From positions 1,272-65,271 of the forward strand of contig JBBQRS010000008.1 of the NCBI GenBank assembly GCA_038214535.1: a DNA stretch of 64,000 nucleotides. Direction: 5' to 3'. The translations under genes and the position numbers were made by a program. Positions 60,137 through 64,000 of the stretch are shown one piece after another. The stretch comes from Anaerolineae bacterium. GTDB lineage: Bacteria > Chloroflexota > Anaerolineae > CG2-30-64-16. The number at the start of each line of letters is the position of its first letter. Positions within the stretch are counted from its first letter, which is position 1. The notes under the pieces were generated by a model, which ran no database searches, was not told the DNA's origin, and saw only the letters and a program-made list of their open reading frames with translations.

Positions 60137-60961
60137 TCAACGATCTATCATGAGTCCCGGTTGGCAGGCGCGGCAGAAGTTGGTGACGCGCTTTTGGCGC
60201 TTGACCTCGCTGATGGGGCCGCCGCAACGGGGGCAGGGTTCGCCGGTTTTGCCGTGTATGGCGAGGAAGTCGCGCACTTCCATCTCGATGCGCTCGCCCA
60301 CGCGGTCGCGCAGGGTGTCAATCGCCTTTTCAAGCACGGTCCACATACAGCCGTAGAGCCGCTCGCTCTCGGCCGCGCTGAGACTCGCGCGGCGACGGAA
60401 CGGGTAAATCTGCGCGCACCAGAGGATCTCGTCGGCGTAGGCGTTGCCGATACCCGCGACGAACGCCTGGTTGGTCAGCGTGCCCTTGATCTCGCCGGGG
60501 TGGCGCTTGATCCGCTCGCGGAACACGTCAAGAGTCAGCGTGGGGTCGTCGGCGTCCGGCCCCAGTTCGGCGAAAGCGGGCACGGCGTTCAGGTCGTCCG
60601 TGACGTAGATCTTCCCCATGTCCATCGGGTCGTTATAGCGCAGCTCGGCGCCGTCGGCCAGCCGCAGCACCAGCGCGTCACGCGTACGGTCTTTGGCGAG
60701 GGGCGCGCCATAACGCAGCCGCCCCGCCAGCATCGGGTTGATGACGATGGTCGGCCCGTCCTCCAGCGCCAGCAGCAGGAACTTGCCGCGCCGCGCGACG
60801 CCGGTGAAGCGCTTGCCGGTCAATAGACCTGACAGGTTTCCCAAACCTGTCAGGTCTCGCGTGATCAACGGCCGGCGCACGTCCACCGCGGCGATCTCGG
60901 CCCCCGCCAGCCGCGGCGCCAGCACCTCGCGAATGATCTCCAGATCGGGCAGTTCAGGCAT
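60137..60961 (-). CDS. mutM: Formamidopyrimidine-DNA glycosylase (Fpg/MutM family)
   Basis: Start trimmed to MPELPDLEI (catalytic N-terminal Pro). RRGKFLLL. C-terminal zinc finger CPRCGGPI...FCRACQ. The track's N-terminal extension is translated repeat. Confidence 0.88.
   Translation of the reverse strand: MPELPDLEIIREVLAPRLAGAEIAAVDVRRPLITRDLTGLGNLSGLLTGKRFTGVARRGKFLLLALEDGPTIVINPMLAGRLRYGAPLAKDRTRDALVLRLADGAELRYNDPMDMGKIYVTDDLNAVPAFAELGPDADDPTLTLDVFRERIKRHPGEIKGTLTNQAFVAGIGNAYADEILWCAQIYPFRRRASLSAAESERLYGCMWTVLEKAIDTLRDRVGERIEMEVRDFLAIHGKTGEPCPRCGGPISEVKRQKRVTNFCRACQPGLMIDR
60825..60857. repeat. Family B hairpin copy inside the fpg CDS, in frame
   Basis: agacctgacaggtttcccaaacctgtcaggtct. 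Its reverse complement encodes DLTGLGNLSGL in ...ITRDLTGLGNLSGLLTGKRF... Confidence 0.9.
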
Positions 60962-60979
60962 GGCGGTGCTCCAGTTTTT

Positions 60980-61337
60980 ACCACGAAGGAACGAAGTAAG
61001 GATACAAGGAAATAAGGAAACAGGGAAACAAGTAGACAAGGAGGCAAGGAGACAGGTAGACAAGGAGACAAGCTGAGGAGTGAGCACGCTACGAGGTGGC
61101 GTCAGATGCGAACGATGGGGTAGAGGCGCTGAGGCTTAGTCGTTCGCGTAGGGGTGTGGTCGCCACGCCCTGGCCGCGGCGCGCTTTCTTCCCAGACCTG
61201 ACAGGTTTCGCAAACCTGTCAGGTCTTGCGCGTCCAGCCCTCACCCTAACCCTGTCCCAAAGGGCGAGGGAACCAGACCCCCTCTTCCCCTCTACTTGCC
61301 TACTTGTTTACTTGTCTCCTTGTCTCCTTGCCTACTG
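60980..61337. repeat. Intergenic region built almost entirely of repeats
   Basis: Word tract 60980-61072, family F 61082-61111, family B 61194-61226, family D 61237-61270, and an inverted word tract 61290-61337 that contains the stop of the lipoprotein gene. Confidence 0.85.
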
Positions 61338-62024
61338 TCCTGGGACGCAGGCGTCGGCGGCGACGGTGAAGGCGCGTTCGCCTTCCGCCAGCGGGATGCC
61401 GTTTGCCCCATAGGCAGTGACGACCCAGGTGTAGGAGCGGCCCGGCGATAGCACGGGAGCCGTGACCTCGGTCTGCGATAGCGTCTTGTCGAGCAGGAGT
61501 TCCGTGGTTCCGGCGTCAATCACCATGACGCGATAGCCGTCCGTAGGTTTGGCTTCGACGAACGGCTCCCAGCGCAACACGGGGACGGCGTTCGTCAGGC
61601 AATCGGCGGCAGGCTCGACCAGCGTCAGGGTGCGCTCCAGCGGGACGACGAGATCGGTGATGCTCTGCCCCGGTGCGAGGGTCACCGCGGGCCAGCCGCC
61701 TTGATCCTCTTCGCCATCGGGAAAGACGCCGATCACGCTGAAATCGCCCACGGGTGGGTGATCCATCACGAAGATGCCGTCCGGCCCAGTGGTCGTCTCG
61801 GCCACGGTCATGCCGGCGGGGTCGGTCTGCCAGCCGGGGGTGCGCAGCGACACGCGTGCGTCGGCTACGGGCTGTCCGCCATAGGTGGCGACGCCCGACA
61901 GGCGCGCGCCGGTCGCGGCGGGTATCTGACCGGGCATCGGCACGCACGCACCGAGGAGCAGCGCAACGATCAGAAGGCCGGCGAACGCAGTTGTCCTCGT
62001 GGTGAGGTGATCCATGGTGTGCAT
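61332..62024 (-). CDS. Lipoprotein with a carboxypeptidase-regulatory-like/Ig-like beta domain (function unknown)
   Basis: Lipobox LLLGAC after a hydrophobic N-terminus. Beta-rich sequence. Confidence 0.65.
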   Translation of the reverse strand: MHTMDHLTTRTTAFAGLLIVALLLGACVPMPGQIPAATGARLSGVATYGGQPVADARVSLRTPGWQTDPAGMTVAETTTGPDGIFVMDHPPVGDFSVIGVFPDGEEDQGGWPAVTLAPGQSITDLVVPLERTLTLVEPAADCLTNAVPVLRWEPFVEAKPTDGYRVMVIDAGTTELLLDKTLSQTEVTAPVLSPGRSYTWVVTAYGANGIPLAEGERAFTVAADACVPGQ

Positions 62025-62035
62025 AGTCTCCCTGT

Positions 62036-64000
62036 CTACTTGTCTCCTTCGATGAGACGCAACGAGCGGACCGCTGCGACGGCATCCTCGCGAGTGTTGA
62101 CGCCGAGTTTGGTGTAAATGCGGGTGGTGTGGTTGCGGACCGTGAAGTATGAAATATCGAGCAGCGCGGCGATCTCTTTGTTGGTCAGCTTTCCCGCCAG
62201 CAGTTCCAGCACTTCCAGCTCGCGTTCCGTCAGCGGGTCTATCAGGGGCAGGTCGGGTTGGCGTGCTGCGGCGGCGCGGGCGACCTCCGCCAGCATTTCA
62301 CGGGCAGCTTCGGCCTGCCGGCCCAGGCGCGCCAGTTCATAGAGCATGGTTCTTACGTCGGCCCCGCCCTCGATGAAGCAACGGACGTAGCCGCGCGGGG
62401 CCGCCGGAGCCAATGCTGCCTCCAGCACGTCCAGCGCCTGCTGCCGAGAGCCGCGCCGCCACAACATGCGCGCCAGCAGGACGCCGCCTTCGATCTGCAC
62501 GTACACCTGGCGTTCTCCGCCGGCATGGCGCAAGACCTCGCGCACCATTTCGATCATCCGTTTAAGGTCGGCGTCTGTCCCGACCGCCAGACCGATTTGC
62601 GCCCGAATCAGCAGTATGTCATAGGCCCGCGGGGTCTCAAGGCCCAGGGCCGAGGTTTCGAGCCAACGCCGTGCCGCAGCCTGATCGCCGCGCGCCAGCG
62701 CGGGGAAAAGCGCCAGCGCGTCCGCTGCTGCGGCCAGGGTCGAGCCGCCGGCGCGGGCGGCCAATTCGCGCACCCGCCTGACGACCTCATCCGCGCGCGC
62801 AAGCGCCCTGCGCTCGATATGGATGCTAACCAGCGGAAACGCGCAGGCCATCGCGGCTTCCAATTGCCCCTCATGCGCACCGTTGAGCCCCGCAGAGAAA
62901 TAGGTGACCGCTTTGTCCAGGTTGTTCATGGCATAGTACGCTTGCGCGATCCCGTGGCGCGCCCATAGAATACTGCTGGTCATCACGCAGGTTTCGGCCA
63001 GTTGCAGGTAGCGGTACGCCGCCGGGAGTAAGAGCGATGGCGAAGCATCGCGGCGGTAAAGGGTGACCAGCGAGTAATGCAGGCGCGTCAGGAAGGGTGT
63101 GGGGCGCGGCCCGGCCTGGTCGCTGAGCTCACGAAAGGTGCGCAGCGCTTCGGCCATCTGCCCCAATTCGTGCAGCCGCAGCAGTTTCTGGTTGATGACA
63201 AACGCATGGAGCCAGGAATTGGGCGCGATGTTTGCCAACGCCTCGTCTGCCGCCTCGATCTGCTGTGCCGGCGTGAGACTGGCATACAGGTTCGAGCTAC
63301 GCATGGCGGCGATTTGCCCGCGCCAGTAATTGACGGCGAAGTCGTCTTCGCCGGGCTCCCATTGCGTCAGCAGCGCCTCGGCGCGCGTCACCAGCGGCGG
63401 CACGCGGTCATGGCGGTAGTTCCAGTTGAGCGTCCAGCATTGCGCAATGAGCAAACCGGGGCGCGCTTCGATCAGGTCGCGCGACAACAGCGCCAGCCAG
63501 TCGGTCAGCTCGGCGAACGATTCGGCTTCCTGAACGTCCGCGAGGCGATGTTCGATGAGGCGGGCGGCTGCGGGCGCGTCATCGCCCGCCAGATAATGCT
63601 GCAATGCCTCCTCGATTTCGCCTTCTTGCGCGAGCCGGGCGGCTGCGCGCCGGTGCAGCGCGGCCACATCTGACTGCGCCATGGATTGCTCCAGGCGATA
63701 GCGTAACAGTTCGCCGAAGATATAGTGATAGCGATACCGGCGGCGGTGCCGGTCCAACGGCGTCACGAACACGTTGCGCCGTTCCAGGTCTTCCAGCATG
63801 GCCTGATACGTGCCGGGTCGGGCTTCGCCGAAAATCGCGGCGCACTTCTCCGCGGTCAATTCTGAGAAGACGGAAGTCTCCAGGAGGATGCGCTGGATGT
63901 GATCCGGTTGGAGGGTGAGCGCCTGTTCGGTCAAATAGTCGGCCACATGGCGATCTACGTGTGTCTCGAAGTCATGCACGTAGGCCGCCGGGTCATCGGC
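62036..64000 (-). CDS. LuxR/MalT-type (LAL) transcriptional regulator; N-terminus lies outside the window
   Basis: C-terminal LuxR HTH LTERELEVLELLAGKLTNKEIAALLDISYFTVRNHTTRIYTKLGV with TPR-like helical repeats upstream. The frame stays open to nt 64000. Confidence 0.8.
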   Translation of the reverse strand, partial: ADDPAAYVHDFETHVDRHVADYLTEQALTLQPDHIQRILLETSVFSELTAEKCAAIFGEARPGTYQAMLEDLERRNVFVTPLDRHRRRYRYHYIFGELLRYRLEQSMAQSDVAALHRRAAARLAQEGEIEEALQHYLAGDDAPAAARLIEHRLADVQEAESFAELTDWLALLSRDLIEARPGLLIAQCWTLNWNYRHDRVPPLVTRAEALLTQWEPGEDDFAVNYWRGQIAAMRSSNLYASLTPAQQIEAADEALANIAPNSWLHAFVINQKLLRLHELGQMAEALRTFRELSDQAGPRPTPFLTRLHYSLVTLYRRDASPSLLLPAAYRYLQLAETCVMTSSILWARHGIAQAYYAMNNLDKAVTYFSAGLNGAHEGQLEAAMACAFPLVSIHIERRALARADEVVRRVRELAARAGGSTLAAAADALALFPALARGDQAAARRWLETSALGLETPRAYDILLIRAQIGLAVGTDADLKRMIEMVREVLRHAGGERQVYVQIEGGVLLARMLWRRGSRQQALDVLEAALAPAAPRGYVRCFIEGGADVRTMLYELARLGRQAEAAREMLAEVARAAAARQPDLPLIDPLTERELEVLELLAGKLTNKEIAALLDISYFTVRNHTTRIYTKLGVNTREDAVAAVRSLRLIEGDK

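Overview
High-GC (about 65% by eye) bacterial chromosomal segment. Gene content suggests a Chloroflexota-like organism, but that is inference only. I support about 60 CDS and found no rRNA, tRNA or CRISPR. Main blocks: (a) 232-8551, assorted enzymes (APH-like kinase, MFS, Cys-type sulfatase, SDR+DUF2867, GNAT, FG-GAP, Gfo/Idh/MocA). (b) 11195-16212, a hydroxyproline/D-imino-acid catabolic cluster. (c) 16284-19693, two tandem paralogues of an unrecognised secreted protein family, each behind a perfect TTGACA-16-TATAAT promoter. (d) 21711-24396, a B12 diol/glycerol dehydratase with fused large+medium subunits. (e) 26556-35503, sufR-sufCBD-rhodanese-sufU-[toxin-antitoxin islet]-sufS-sufU-Rieske-sufT. 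(f) 37331-39901, a single-chain N6-MTase fused to a PstI/BsuBI-type endonuclease. (g) 43278-45881, MurF-Alr fusion. (h) 51773-55102, SHMT fused in frame to a GcvT-like aminomethyltransferase. (i) 55240-56367, a DUF4926 remnant plus MntA/HepT. (j) rho, patatin, fpg, a lipoprotein and a partial LuxR/MalT regulator. The most unusual signal is non-coding. Almost every intergenic gap holds hairpin or palindromic elements from at least 6-8 families, many built from tandem 7-13 nt words. Copies of these families also lie inside CDS in frame (fpg, alr, the SHMT-GcvT linker) and supply the last codons and stop codons of several genes. Two MITE-like elements and three apparent 1-nt frameshifts are also present. 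All product calls come from motif recognition by eye; no database search was run.
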